Below are positions 15,555 through 22,789 of a stretch of DNA of 64,000 nt, one piece after another. Within the stretch, counting starts at the first letter, position 1. The number at the start of each line of letters is the position of its first letter. The stretch comes from a virus, in the IMG/VR virus record IMGVR_UViG_3300040801_004428, positions 1 through 64,000 of that record; one strand, given 5' to 3'. The notes beneath the pieces are model-generated. The model saw only the letters and a list, made by a program, of their open reading frames with translations, did not search any database and had not been told where the DNA came from. The position numbers and the translations under genes are program-made.

Positions 15555-15704
15555 CTAGCTGTTGCTAGACGACATCTTCAGCGCAATGCTGAACAACACC
15601 ACGCCGGCCGTTAGGCCCACGGTGGCGGCAACTGTAGGGTCAATGGGCTTGTCTGTATCACCCATTGCAGCTGAGGCGGTTGGATTCTTCTTGAGATTCT
15701 TCAT
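15555..15704 (-). CDS. 49-aa membrane protein
   Basis: MKNLKKNPTASAAMGDTDKPIDPTVAATVGLTAGVVLFSIALKMSSSNS, with GAGGGAA upstream. Below the ORF-track length cut-off. Confidence 0.45.
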   Translation of the reverse strand: MKNLKKNPTASAAMGDTDKPIDPTVAATVGLTAGVVLFSIALKMSSSNS

Positions 15705-15721
15705 AATGTTCCCTCATTAGG

Positions 15722-15777
15722 TCTTAAGTTCTTTTTCTTTTTTATGGTATAATATACCTATAGAGTTAGAAAAACCG
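15722..15777 (+). promoter_or_regulatory. extended -10 sigma-70-type promoter with shared leader
   Basis: TGGTATAAT (15745..15753), then ATACCTATAGAGTTAGAAAAACCG-ATG. Confidence 0.6.
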
Positions 15778-16443
15778 ATGATCAATCTCACCAAAGAAGC
15801 GATCTTCATCGGGGACTTACACGGTAACTTAGACGCGCTGGAGCAAATCCTAACAAGATATGAATCCCACCATAAAGTTTTTCTCGGTGATTTTTTCAAC
15901 GACAAAGCTGAACTTTGCACCGTGCCCGAAGTAGACAAAATTGTAGAAACAATCCACAACCTGCCCGATACCACCATTGTACACAGCAACCACAATCAAT
16001 TGGTGATTCAAGCCTTAGAGGCTAGAAAACCGCTGGATGTAAATGTGCGCGGGTGGAATATCACCCAGCAGTATATCAACACCTTAGGATTTTCACGCCA
16101 GGAGAGGCTAAAACACTGGTTGAGTTCACACCCCGTGTGGGAGGAATTCCGCACTGTTAATGGCCTAACAATTGCCGCAGCTCACGCGTATCCAAACACC
16201 GCGGCGGAAAAATACCGCAAGGGGAAGTACCTCACCGAGGAGCAAAAGTCCTGCGTGGGGATCAAAACCCCTCATAGGTGGTGGTCTAATAGGAATCTCA
16301 AAGGTGTGTTGTTAAACTGGGACGCCGCAGTTATCGGCCACTATGCACACATTTCTATTAAAGAACGGTTGGTTATTGCCGACCTGGGTGGTTATCAAAT
16401 CCCTGTGTGGGACCCACAAATGGGAAAAATCAAAGTGTTTTGA
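15778..16443 (+). CDS. calcineurin-like metallophosphoesterase (Ser/Thr phosphatase-like)
   Basis: Motifs IGDLHGN, FLGDFFND and HSNHN match the GDxHG / GDxxDR / GNHE pattern. Confidence 0.75.
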   Translation: MINLTKEAIFIGDLHGNLDALEQILTRYESHHKVFLGDFFNDKAELCTVPEVDKIVETIHNLPDTTIVHSNHNQLVIQALEARKPLDVNVRGWNITQQYINTLGFSRQERLKHWLSSHPVWEEFRTVNGLTIAAAHAYPNTAAEKYRKGKYLTEEQKSCVGIKTPHRWWSNRNLKGVLLNWDAAVIGHYAHISIKERLVIADLGGYQIPVWDPQMGKIKVF

Positions 16444-17074
16444 GTTCACGTTTGCCATTGGCAAATGCGACCCAGCGTACATACGCTTGGACAATTAGTG
16501 CTTCATGGTAAGCATCATCCAATGCATTATGTTTTGTACCTTCAAACTTAGGCAAAAGCTTAATCTCCTCTCTGGGGAGTGAACTTTTCGCTGTTCGAAC
16601 ACACCGGTTGCCCCAATACTTGGGAAGGCCAATCCCACCCAAGCCGGGTATAGCCTGTTTGCAGGCATACTCAACGCGGTCAATTAGCACCCGGTCAAAG
16701 CTGGGATCGTTTGCCCACATAGTTGTGTTGTATATACCAATCCCTGAGGTTATCTTTGAAAACCACGAGGTTAATTGGACCATCAAAGTCATCAAATCCC
16801 TGGAAGGTAGACCCTCAACCCAGGAGGTTAGATTCATTTGATCGTACCATTTCGCGGTGTCCGCATCCATTGGGTTTTGTGTTAATGCGTGGACCTTTCC
16901 TTCAAAGTAGAAGGCCATGTCTTTGCGTATGCGCAATTCAGACAGCATTCCCATTCTATCATACACCGCAAAGATTGGCACAATCCCGATTGAGTAAATC
17001 GGGCAGTCGTATGACCGGGTCCCGCCTGTTTCACAGTCAATTACGAAGCCGCAGTCACCAAGAAGCTCTTTCAT
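16430..17074 (-). CDS. DEDDh 3'-5' exonuclease (DnaQ/RNase T-like)
   Basis: Exo I VIDCETGG, Exo II WANDPSFD, Exo III HNALDDAYH. Confidence 0.7.
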   Translation of the reverse strand: MKELLGDCGFVIDCETGGTRSYDCPIYSIGIVPIFAVYDRMGMLSELRIRKDMAFYFEGKVHALTQNPMDADTAKWYDQMNLTSWVEGLPSRDLMTLMVQLTSWFSKITSGIGIYNTTMWANDPSFDRVLIDRVEYACKQAIPGLGGIGLPKYWGNRCVRTAKSSLPREEIKLLPKFEGTKHNALDDAYHEALIVQAYVRWVAFANGKRELKTL

Positions 17075-17874
17075 GGGTTATATCCACTAAGGTTTTTTTC
17101 TTCACGTATAGCATCGGCAACCAAGTTTAGTTTGCGCAAATCGCGAGATGCCGAACGTCGGTCTTGTGCCAACACACCCCATTCTTGCGCCGCGCGGGTG
17201 AGGTAGTACGTTAGTTTGCAATACACCTCCGCGTCGTTAGCCAATCCGGGTTGGACCGCTTGGTCGGCGTGCTCTTCCGCGACTTCCAAGTAGGTTTGGT
17301 ATTTTCGACTTTCTTTGTAGTCTTCGCCGAAGATTGCCTCGTACATCCGCTCCTCTAGAGAGTTGGATTTACTAAGGTTGTGAAGCCGCACGGTGTCGTC
17401 ATTCACCTGGGTGACTAATCGCTCGCGGAGCTTATTCCACTGGGCGGATAGTTCCACTTCGTGAGTTTTACGATGCGCAATTGGGACGTCTAGTTTATTC
17501 GCTAACGTGCTCAGTGCGTTTGAGCAATACACCTGAAAGGTTGTGAACCCCACACGCGTGCTACCACCGCCGCGGTAGTCAAGCATGGTTAGGTAAGCCC
17601 CAATGGTTGCATTTTGAAAGCTTTCGATTACTTTCGCGTTTACGTATGCTACTGCACCGTTGTTGTAGTGAGCGATTTCTGGCTTTTCGATAAACCCCTC
17701 TAAGTGGAGAGGTTCAAAATACTTGAGCATCTCCTGATCGTTGAGAAACGAGTACGTGGGGGAAACAATAGATAGGATTTTCCCCTCATCGTTGTAGATG
17801 GCATCCTTAGGGATGGATAGCTCAGTTCCATCTTCTAATAGAATTTGACTAATCCGTCCACGTGATACTTTCAT
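17071..17874 (-). CDS. DUF932-like protein
   Basis: ..GGGSTRVGFTTFQVYCSNAL.. resembles the DUF932 ..R.vCsNg. core. Recognised by eye only. Confidence 0.4.
   Translation of the reverse strand: MKVSRGRISQILLEDGTELSIPKDAIYNDEGKILSIVSPTYSFLNDQEMLKYFEPLHLEGFIEKPEIAHYNNGAVAYVNAKVIESFQNATIGAYLTMLDYRGGGSTRVGFTTFQVYCSNALSTLANKLDVPIAHRKTHEVELSAQWNKLRERLVTQVNDDTVRLHNLSKSNSLEERMYEAIFGEDYKESRKYQTYLEVAEEHADQAVQPGLANDAEVYCKLTYYLTRAAQEWGVLAQDRRSASRDLRKLNLVADAIREEKNLSGYNP
17084..17115 (-). promoter_or_regulatory. TGn-N6-TG-A-tract upstream element (copy d)
   Basis: Minus strand reads GATGC-TATACG-TG-AAGAAAAAAA-CCTTAGTGG...ATG(17074). It lies inside the end of the upstream CDS. Confidence 0.5.
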
Positions 17875-17879
17875 ACAGT

Positions 17880-17918
17880 CTCCTTAAGACTTAGTTTTTT
17901 TTTCATGTATGACATTGC
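17880..17918 (-). promoter_or_regulatory. TGn-N6-TG-A9 upstream element (copy e)
   Basis: Minus strand reads GCAATGT-CATACA-TG-AAAAAAAAA-CTAAGTCTTAAGGAGAC...ATG(17874). The leader is identical to copy h. Confidence 0.55.
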
Positions 17919-17920
17919 AT

Positions 17921-17949
17921 ATAAAAAGAGGGGAGTGTTAATCCCCTCT
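17921..17949 (-). terminator. rho-independent terminator
   Basis: Minus strand reads AGAGGGGA-TTAACAC-TCCCCTCT followed by TTTTTAT, directly after the 17970..19238 CDS. Confidence 0.7.
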
Positions 17950-17969
17950 GTGTTTATACTAACTCAACG

Positions 17970-19238
17970 CTACAGCGATTGTAGGCTGACCTGTTTGTAA
18001 TTAAGGCCCATAATTTGACTTCCTGTCAGTTGTTGGTTACCTTTAGCGTTACGTTGAAGGCTTGAAATTTCCAAAGTTGCATACTTATCAATGTATGCGT
18101 TCTCTTGATACGTGCGCGCATTACGTGCAGGAATCTGAGCAACGTGGAATTCATCATCTTCATCTGTAAACGCAGCAATTACTGACGGATATTTGCCTGA
18201 CGTTTCTCGGTATAGACCTAAAATTGTTAGAGTCTCTCCGTATTCGTCTAACTCTCCTAGGACTTCGATCAACTTAGGGGCAAATCGTCCCTTGTGAGAC
18301 ACACTAATACATTGTGGGCCGTGCTCGGAAGCCTCATGATCGTGGAGAGTGTACTCGAACGTGTGGTTCTTATACATTTTGGTTCCATCTTTTGATGCGG
18401 TTTCCTCGAACCCTTTATAAGTGATCTCTAAATCCGTCTTCGTGTTATTTGCAGCATCGGCAATGGCATGAATGACTGTACTCGGTGCAAAGAAGCTAAT
18501 CTTAGCTCCTGTACTGTCTACCGCCTCAATAATCGAGTATGGATTCCCCTTCTTGGAGATTCCAGTCTTTAGGGTTACTTCCGTAAAGGTGTCACCCACG
18601 GCCATGTCGTCGATCTCAATTGTTTTACTCGAAGATCGCATGGCCAGAACGTCAGGAAATCCTTCCAAAGGTAGGAGGAGATCATGAAGTTGGCGAGTTT
18701 CCGCTAGTACTGGAATCTCCGCTGCTTTGACAGACACATCATCTTTGTAGACCTCCGGCTTCCACTTAAGTGAACCGTCGAAGGAGTATGTCACCGCGCG
18801 AGATTTGTCCGGATGGCGGAAGGTGATATTCGCCTGTGGTCGGACTAAGTTCTTGCTGGGAACTTCGTAGTCCGTGAGGGTGATTCTAATCGTCGTGCCT
18901 TTGATTGTGAAGAAGTCATATTCTTCGTTATATTCTAACGGCAGAGTGTGTTCTCCCCACATCATGGCAAATTCACCGTCGGAGTCTAACCCAAGTTGGA
19001 GCGTGACTACTCGTTTTGGCACAGGTTGGGTGCCTTCCATATCGAGTTGTAATGCTGCGTACTTGTTATCCAGCGGCAGGCCGAGAATTTTGTTCGGCAT
19101 TTCAAAATCGCTGGGGTTATCTTCATCCCGATCGCCGGGAATGTTGATTTGCAAATAGCGAGGTACTTCAGTTGGTTCCATCTGGGTTGCGAGAGAAATC
19201 CCATAACCAAAGATTTGTTGAGTTAGAGCTTCAGACAT
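17970..19238 (-). CDS. hypothetical protein, possible OB-fold ssDNA-binding protein
   Basis: 422-aa monocistronic unit between its own TGGTAAAAT promoter and a strong terminator. Two OB-like segments (..TFTEVTLKTGISKKGNPYSIIEAVDSTGAKISFFA.., ..TLTILGLYRETSGKYPSVIAAFTDEDDEF..). The functional call is speculative. Confidence 0.3.
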   Translation of the reverse strand: MSEALTQQIFGYGISLATQMEPTEVPRYLQINIPGDRDEDNPSDFEMPNKILGLPLDNKYAALQLDMEGTQPVPKRVVTLQLGLDSDGEFAMMWGEHTLPLEYNEEYDFFTIKGTTIRITLTDYEVPSKNLVRPQANITFRHPDKSRAVTYSFDGSLKWKPEVYKDDVSVKAAEIPVLAETRQLHDLLLPLEGFPDVLAMRSSSKTIEIDDMAVGDTFTEVTLKTGISKKGNPYSIIEAVDSTGAKISFFAPSTVIHAIADAANNTKTDLEITYKGFEETASKDGTKMYKNHTFEYTLHDHEASEHGPQCISVSHKGRFAPKLIEVLGELDEYGETLTILGLYRETSGKYPSVIAAFTDEDDEFHVAQIPARNARTYQENAYIDKYATLEISSLQRNAKGNQQLTGSQIMGLNYKQVSLQSL

Positions 19239-19293
19239 ATGTTACGGCCTCCAAAGGCTATTTTGTATTTTTTCTTACATCTATATTTTACCA
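19239..19293 (-). promoter_or_regulatory. extended -10 promoter plus A-tract leader
   Basis: Minus strand reads TGGTAAAAT-ATAGATGT-AAGAAAAAATAC...GGAGG...ATG(19238). Confidence 0.55.
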
Positions 19294-19310
19294 CTAAGTG
19301 TACTTAGAAT

Positions 19311-19369
19311 AAAATTAGGGGTATTTTTCAAACTTTTTCTATTCTCCGAGTCCTACCCCCGGCTAGGAG
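19311..19369 (+). repeat. 58-bp direct repeat, copy 1 (diverged)
   Basis: AAAATTAGGGGTATTTTTCAAACTTTTTCTATTCTCCGAGTCCTACCCCCGGCTAGGAG. Confidence 0.8.
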
Positions 19370-19389
19370 AACAACAATATATGAAAAAT

Positions 19390-19449
19390 AAAATTAGTAG
19401 TATTTTTTGAACTTTTTTCTATTCCCCGAGTCCTACCCCGGACTGGGAG
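19390..19449 (+). repeat. 58-bp direct repeat, copy 2
   Basis: AAAATTAGTAGTATTTTTTGAACTTTTTTCTATTCCCCGAGTCCTACCCCGGACTGGGAG. Confidence 0.85.
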
Positions 19450-19452
19450 TAT

Positions 19453-19486
19453 GCAAAAAAGAAAAAATAGACCTATGCTAGGTCTA
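19453..19486 (-). terminator. rho-independent terminator
   Basis: Minus strand has a perfect 8-bp stem, TAGACCTA-GCA-TAGGTCTA, followed by TTTTTTCTTTTTT, just after the 19499..19774 CDS. Confidence 0.75.
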
Positions 19487-19498
19487 CCTCTACAAGGG

Positions 19499-19774
19499 TT
19501 ATGCTAACTTTTTGCGCGTAGTGGAAAGACCTACGGCCACTGGTGCACGTGAAAGACTTTCTTGTATACCAGTGAGAGGGTCAGGAACTTCCTCTCCCTT
19601 ATGAAACCATTTGAAAACTCCGGAGTTCCAATTATAAACTCCGATCGTTGATGTCAACTGTCCAGGCTCACGGACAGTTAGAATGGACCCATTAATGTCT
19701 ATAATGAGTCCCTTATCTTCCGCCTTCTGCTTGTATGCAGAAATTAGAAGCATTAAATCCTCTTGGCTATGCAT
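19499..19774 (-). CDS. hypothetical protein
   Basis: 91-aa ORF. The ATG directly follows repeat copy 3, with no obvious SD. Confidence 0.55.
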   Translation of the reverse strand: MHSQEDLMLLISAYKQKAEDKGLIIDINGSILTVREPGQLTSTIGVYNWNSGVFKWFHKGEEVPDPLTGIQESLSRAPVAVGLSTTRKKLA

Positions 19775-19777
19775 AAT

Positions 19778-19835
19778 AAATTAGTAGTAATTTTTGAACT
19801 TTTTTCTATTCCCCGAGTCCTACCCCGGACTGGGA
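19778..19835 (+). repeat. 58-bp direct repeat, copy 3
   Basis: Differs from copy 2 at only a couple of positions: AAATTAGTAGTAATTTTTGAACTTTTTTCTATTCCCCGAGTCCTACCCCGGACTGGGA. Confidence 0.85.
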
Positions 19836-19862
19836 TTTTTCAAAGATCACGTACACCTGTGG
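19835..19862 (-). promoter_or_regulatory. TGTACGTGA-type element (copy t)
   Basis: Minus strand reads CCACAGG-TGTACG-TG-ATCTTTGAAAAAT immediately upstream of repeat copy 3. Resembles copy c (TGTACGTGATTGAAAAAAA). Confidence 0.4.
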
Positions 19863-20210
19863 CTAAATCTGCTCTTGCACCTCATATATTGTGGCCGTTG
19901 TTGACATGGCAGAGCAATTTGCTCGTGCGATTAGTGCCAACACGTCTGACGTACCGTTGTTTCGAGCCGCCGTTAACGAAGTATAGAATAAACTAAACTC
20001 GCGCCGGCGGCCGTTTTGACACGTTGCTTCCATTACAGCTTCGTATCCGACCGTAATGTAGAGTTGTTTGCTCTGGTAGTCCAAGATCTCAAACCGCCGG
20101 GTTCCGCGACACCCAGATCCCTCGCACTCATATCGTGCCTCTGCGGAAGGGGTGGTGATTGACACCGCGGTGAGAATAAGGATTGTATAGACAAGTATTT
20201 GTTTGATCAT
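19863..20210 (-). CDS. small secreted protein (signal peptide)
   Basis: The ATG at 20210 overlaps the upstream stop (ATGA). N-terminus MIKQILVYTILILTAVSITTPSAEA. The mature part has 4 Cys. Confidence 0.6.
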   Translation of the reverse strand: MIKQILVYTILILTAVSITTPSAEARYECEGSGCRGTRRFEILDYQSKQLYITVGYEAVMEATCQNGRRREFSLFYTSLTAARNNGTSDVLALIARANCSAMSTTATIYEVQEQI

Positions 20211-20449
20211 GATTCTATGATTGGTGTTACTGTAATAGGAGCATCTTCCCACATCAGACAGTTGTTTCTAACCCCTGTTGAAAACAACTCCAAGTGCATC
20301 GCACTCGAGTGAACGAAGTCATAAACTGCTTGGTACTGCCCAGAGGGTACTATTACCTCCATTTGAACCGTACACGGTTCGGCGTATCCGTCCAAACTTT
20401 GGCCCGGGGCCGAAACAATAAACGCTACAACTGATGCCAGTAAATCCAT
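20207..20449 (-). CDS. small protein with hydrophobic N-terminus
   Basis: 80 aa, MDLLASVVAFIVSAPGQ.., with AGAGG before the ATG. Follows tRNA-Met. Confidence 0.55.
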   Translation of the reverse strand: MDLLASVVAFIVSAPGQSLDGYAEPCTVQMEVIVPSGQYQAVYDFVHSSAMHLELFSTGVRNNCLMWEDAPITVTPIIES

Positions 20450-20478
20450 ATCTACCTCTTAGTGTGTTTTTTTCCCAA

Positions 20479-20551
20479 TGCGAGTTACAGGAGTTGAACC
20501 TGTCTGAGCCCAATTATGAGTTGGGTGCCTTATCCGCTCGGCCAAACTCGC
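20479..20551 (-). tRNA. tRNA-Met (anticodon CAT; an Ile-lysidine type cannot be excluded)
   Basis: Folded by hand into a 73-nt cloverleaf: acceptor GCGAGTT/AACTCGC, anticodon stem CCCAA/TTGGG, loop CTCATAA, T-arm ACAGG-TTCAACT-CCTGT. No encoded CCA. Confidence 0.85.
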
Positions 20552-20574
20552 GTGGTTCATGTTCACCAAAGAGA

Positions 20575-21009
20575 CTAACTTATGTTGTTCATAAACTCCT
20601 CCGCTGCCTTTTCGGAGGAAAACACAAACGGGGAAAACTGATTCCCAGCTACGTGGACGTAGCATTGACCATCTAACTTATCAATGAAGATCTTTCGACC
20701 GTCGTGGTCGAACCGGCCAGTTTCTGCCGGAAACCAGCTTAGACAAAATAGGTTTGCCGCCGGGTAGGAGTTTGCAACCTCCTTTGTTAGCATTCCTAGG
20801 TCGGTTCTATCGTTGCTGATTATCCAGTCTAGGACTTCCTCCTTGGTCGTAAACTCCTCCTTTAATAGTTTCCTATCAATTCGGATATTGCCAATATCTT
20901 CTGTATTGGCTGGATACGTAGCATTAGAGGTAACTACGTACCTCTTACCTAGGTGCATTTCGACCTTATCTTCTACAAATTCCCACCACGCCTCAAATAT
21001 TAATCTCAT
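20575..21009 (-). CDS. hypothetical protein
   Basis: ATG at 21009 (MRLIFEAWWEF..), preceded by GAGG. The tracked TTG start lies inside the leader. Confidence 0.65.
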   Translation of the reverse strand: MRLIFEAWWEFVEDKVEMHLGKRYVVTSNATYPANTEDIGNIRIDRKLLKEEFTTKEEVLDWIISNDRTDLGMLTKEVANSYPAANLFCLSWFPAETGRFDHDGRKIFIDKLDGQCYVHVAGNQFSPFVFSSEKAAEEFMNNIS

Positions 21010-21038
21010 TTTACACCTCAATTAGGTTTTTTCTCCAA

Positions 21039-21111
21039 CGCCCCGTGTAGGATTCGAACCTACGACCCACGGTTTAGAAGACCGTTGCTCTATCCGCTGA
21101 GCTAACGAGGC
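21039..21111 (-). tRNA. tRNA-Arg (anticodon TCT)
   Basis: Hand-folded 73-nt cloverleaf: acceptor GCCTCGT/ACGGGGC (one G-T pair), D-stem GCTC/GAGC, anticodon stem ACGGT/ACCGT, loop CTTCTAA, T-arm GTAGG-TTCGAAT-CCTAC. Confidence 0.9.
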
Positions 21112-21121
21112 AGATGTGTTT

Positions 21122-21130
21122 ATTATACCA
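21122..21130 (-). promoter_or_regulatory. extended -10 box upstream of tRNA-Arg
   Basis: Minus strand has TGGTATAAT, 10 nt before tRNA position 1. Confidence 0.6.
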
Positions 21131-21149
21131 TTTCATGTACTACAGAGGG

Positions 21150-21491
21150 TTAGTACGCCGGGTTGGTGTATGTAGCCCTATAAGTTCCTGGCACCAATCG
21201 GTGCGTTTCCGCGTATCGAATCCCATAGGTGTATGAATCACATAGTAAATCGCCATGTGTTGAGACTAGAAACGACACCTCTAGATGGGCCACATCTAGC
21301 GAATGCACTACACCAGATGAATCGTAAAACGGACCAGTTGCATTTACGTAACCTACGCCTTCTACATAGACTCTTCTCACAATGCAATTGGTGTAATTGA
21401 CAAAAGCATAGTATCCCGCATATGCCTCTGCGGCGGGGCCCAATACTACTGCGGCGATAGTTGCGATGGCTGATGTTAATAGTTTCATCAT
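21150..21491 (-). CDS. small secreted protein (signal peptide)
   Basis: 113 aa, MMKLLTSAIATIAAVVLGPAAEAYA.. . Confidence 0.65.
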   Translation of the reverse strand: MMKLLTSAIATIAAVVLGPAAEAYAGYYAFVNYTNCIVRRVYVEGVGYVNATGPFYDSSGVVHSLDVAHLEVSFLVSTHGDLLCDSYTYGIRYAETHRLVPGTYRATYTNPAY

Positions 21492-21502
21492 CTTGGTTCC
21501 TC

Positions 21503-21844
21503 TTAGAGTTGTACTCGTGTTCCGGTGGCTTCTGCGCCAGTTCTATAGTCGTAAATTGCAATATAGCCAATGCAATTCTGCATTTGGTATGCCGTTACCG
21601 TTTCAGCTAAGCCTCTCCTAGCGTCATTGTAAGTGTAGAAAACCCGGCTAAACTCATCAGCATTGATGGTGTTATATTCCACCTGTTCTCTTCTTGATCC
21701 GTCAAAAGGATCCGTTACGATGTAAATGATCGGGCATTGAATCCACCCATCGGTGTAAAACCGCTGAGCCATTGCCGGGAGGGTAGATATTACCCAGGTG
21801 GATGCAACCACCACAGCTCCGCCAATCACGTGTTTCCACTTCAT
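21503..21844 (-). CDS. small secreted protein (signal peptide)
   Basis: 113 aa, MKWKHVIGGAVVVASTWVISTLPAMA.. . Confidence 0.65.
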   Translation of the reverse strand: MKWKHVIGGAVVVASTWVISTLPAMAQRFYTDGWIQCPIIYIVTDPFDGSRREQVEYNTINADEFSRVFYTYNDARRGLAETVTAYQMQNCIGYIAIYDYRTGAEATGTRVQL

Positions 21845-21850
21845 ATCTTG

Positions 21851-21881
21851 CTCCTAAGCTTTTTTTCTCGTACGACATTGA
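21851..21881 (-). promoter_or_regulatory. TGn-N6-xG-A7 upstream element (copy f)
   Basis: Minus strand reads TCAATGT-CGTACG-AG-AAAAAAA-GCTTAGGAG...ATG(21844). Confidence 0.5.
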
Positions 21882-21884
21882 TCA

Positions 21885-22127
21885 TCACTCAATGGTTAAT
21901 CGCACATTGCGACAATCAGACAAAATAAGATTGCCAATTGTATGGCCATTCTGCAAACTTATTTTGTAATGATCTTGGAGAAATTCAAAGTCTCGCAGAT
22001 TCTGACGAACTGGGACTTGCCCGAGTTGAATATCTCTCACTGTTTGGTATTGTGAGCGGTTGGTCTCTACATCATAGACATTGCAATGTGCAGAGTCCAA
22101 CACAATGGTAGCTAACACAGTTAGCAT
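21885..22127 (-). CDS. small protein with hydrophobic N-terminus
   Basis: 80 aa, MLTVLATIVLDSAHC.. . Confidence 0.5.
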   Translation of the reverse strand: MLTVLATIVLDSAHCNVYDVETNRSQYQTVRDIQLGQVPVRQNLRDFEFLQDHYKISLQNGHTIGNLILSDCRNVRLTIE

Positions 22128-22789
22128 TTGATCGCCTCCATGGGAAAGTACGCATTGCGTAGTATGATCCGCGTATCATCCTTAGGATAAAAGGTTTCCC
22201 ACTCGGAGATTACCTCCCTCCCTAGGTTGAAATCCGGATTTACATACAATATCAAACTCTTCTGAATCGGCAAATTGATCTTCTCATACTCTGGCTGCAA
22301 TTCAATTGTCCGTTCCATATGCTTAAGTTGATAATAAGCACTCATGGAATGTTCCAATGCTCCAGTATTATGCGGATTAATCAACAACTTACATTCAACC
22401 AAATGCAAGCGATTATCCGACACATAGAGTAAATCAGGCACCTTAGGCTTACTCCTAAACCCTTGAATTTTCCACCTCATGGGAATTCTAATCATGTTTA
22501 GGTTGTACACCTTGTCGTAGATTTCAACCAGATGGGAGTTTAACATCGTCTCACGCGCGCCGATTTCAATACCCGGCGTTACGATGTTGAACCTCTCTAG
22601 GAGGGCTTGCCTCTTTACTGTCCAATGAGCCGCGGGGTTCATTGGATTCCTATACATCAAGTACTCAATTTCGGGGTCTTGATGTAGCTTCTTCTTCGGA
22701 GGATTGAGCCAATTATACTCGCGTCTACTCAGTCCACGTCGTGGTAACCTAGGGTAGACATAACTCGTGACTGTGGAATTGCCAGCCAT
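22121..22789 (-). CDS. putative PD-(D/E)xK nuclease
   Basis: ..PDLLYVSDNRLHLVECKL.. fits D-x(n)-E-x-K. Strong AAGGAG before the ATG. Confidence 0.4.
   Translation of the reverse strand: MAGNSTVTSYVYPRLPRRGLSRREYNWLNPPKKKLHQDPEIEYLMYRNPMNPAAHWTVKRQALLERFNIVTPGIEIGARETMLNSHLVEIYDKVYNLNMIRIPMRWKIQGFRSKPKVPDLLYVSDNRLHLVECKLLINPHNTGALEHSMSAYYQLKHMERTIELQPEYEKINLPIQKSLILYVNPDFNLGREVISEWETFYPKDDTRIILRNAYFPMEAIKC

Noticed and set aside
19311-19835. Possibility that the three 58-bp direct repeats form a CRISPR array
   Set aside because: There are only three copies, the spacing is irregular (about 20 bp and about 330 bp), one interval contains a protein-coding gene and a terminator, copy 1 is substantially diverged, and no cas genes are present.
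20319-20676. ORFs 20319..20513(-), 20434..20676(+) and 20459..20665(-)
   Set aside because: They run across the tRNA-Met gene and its flanks or overlap better-supported CDSs in other frames. They have no SD and their composition is unlike coding sequence.
21238-21570. 110-aa minus-strand ORF overlapping the 21150..21491 and 21503..21844 genes
   Set aside because: It is an alternative frame across two signal-peptide protein genes and their junction. Its product is Arg/Cys-rich, and it lacks an SD.
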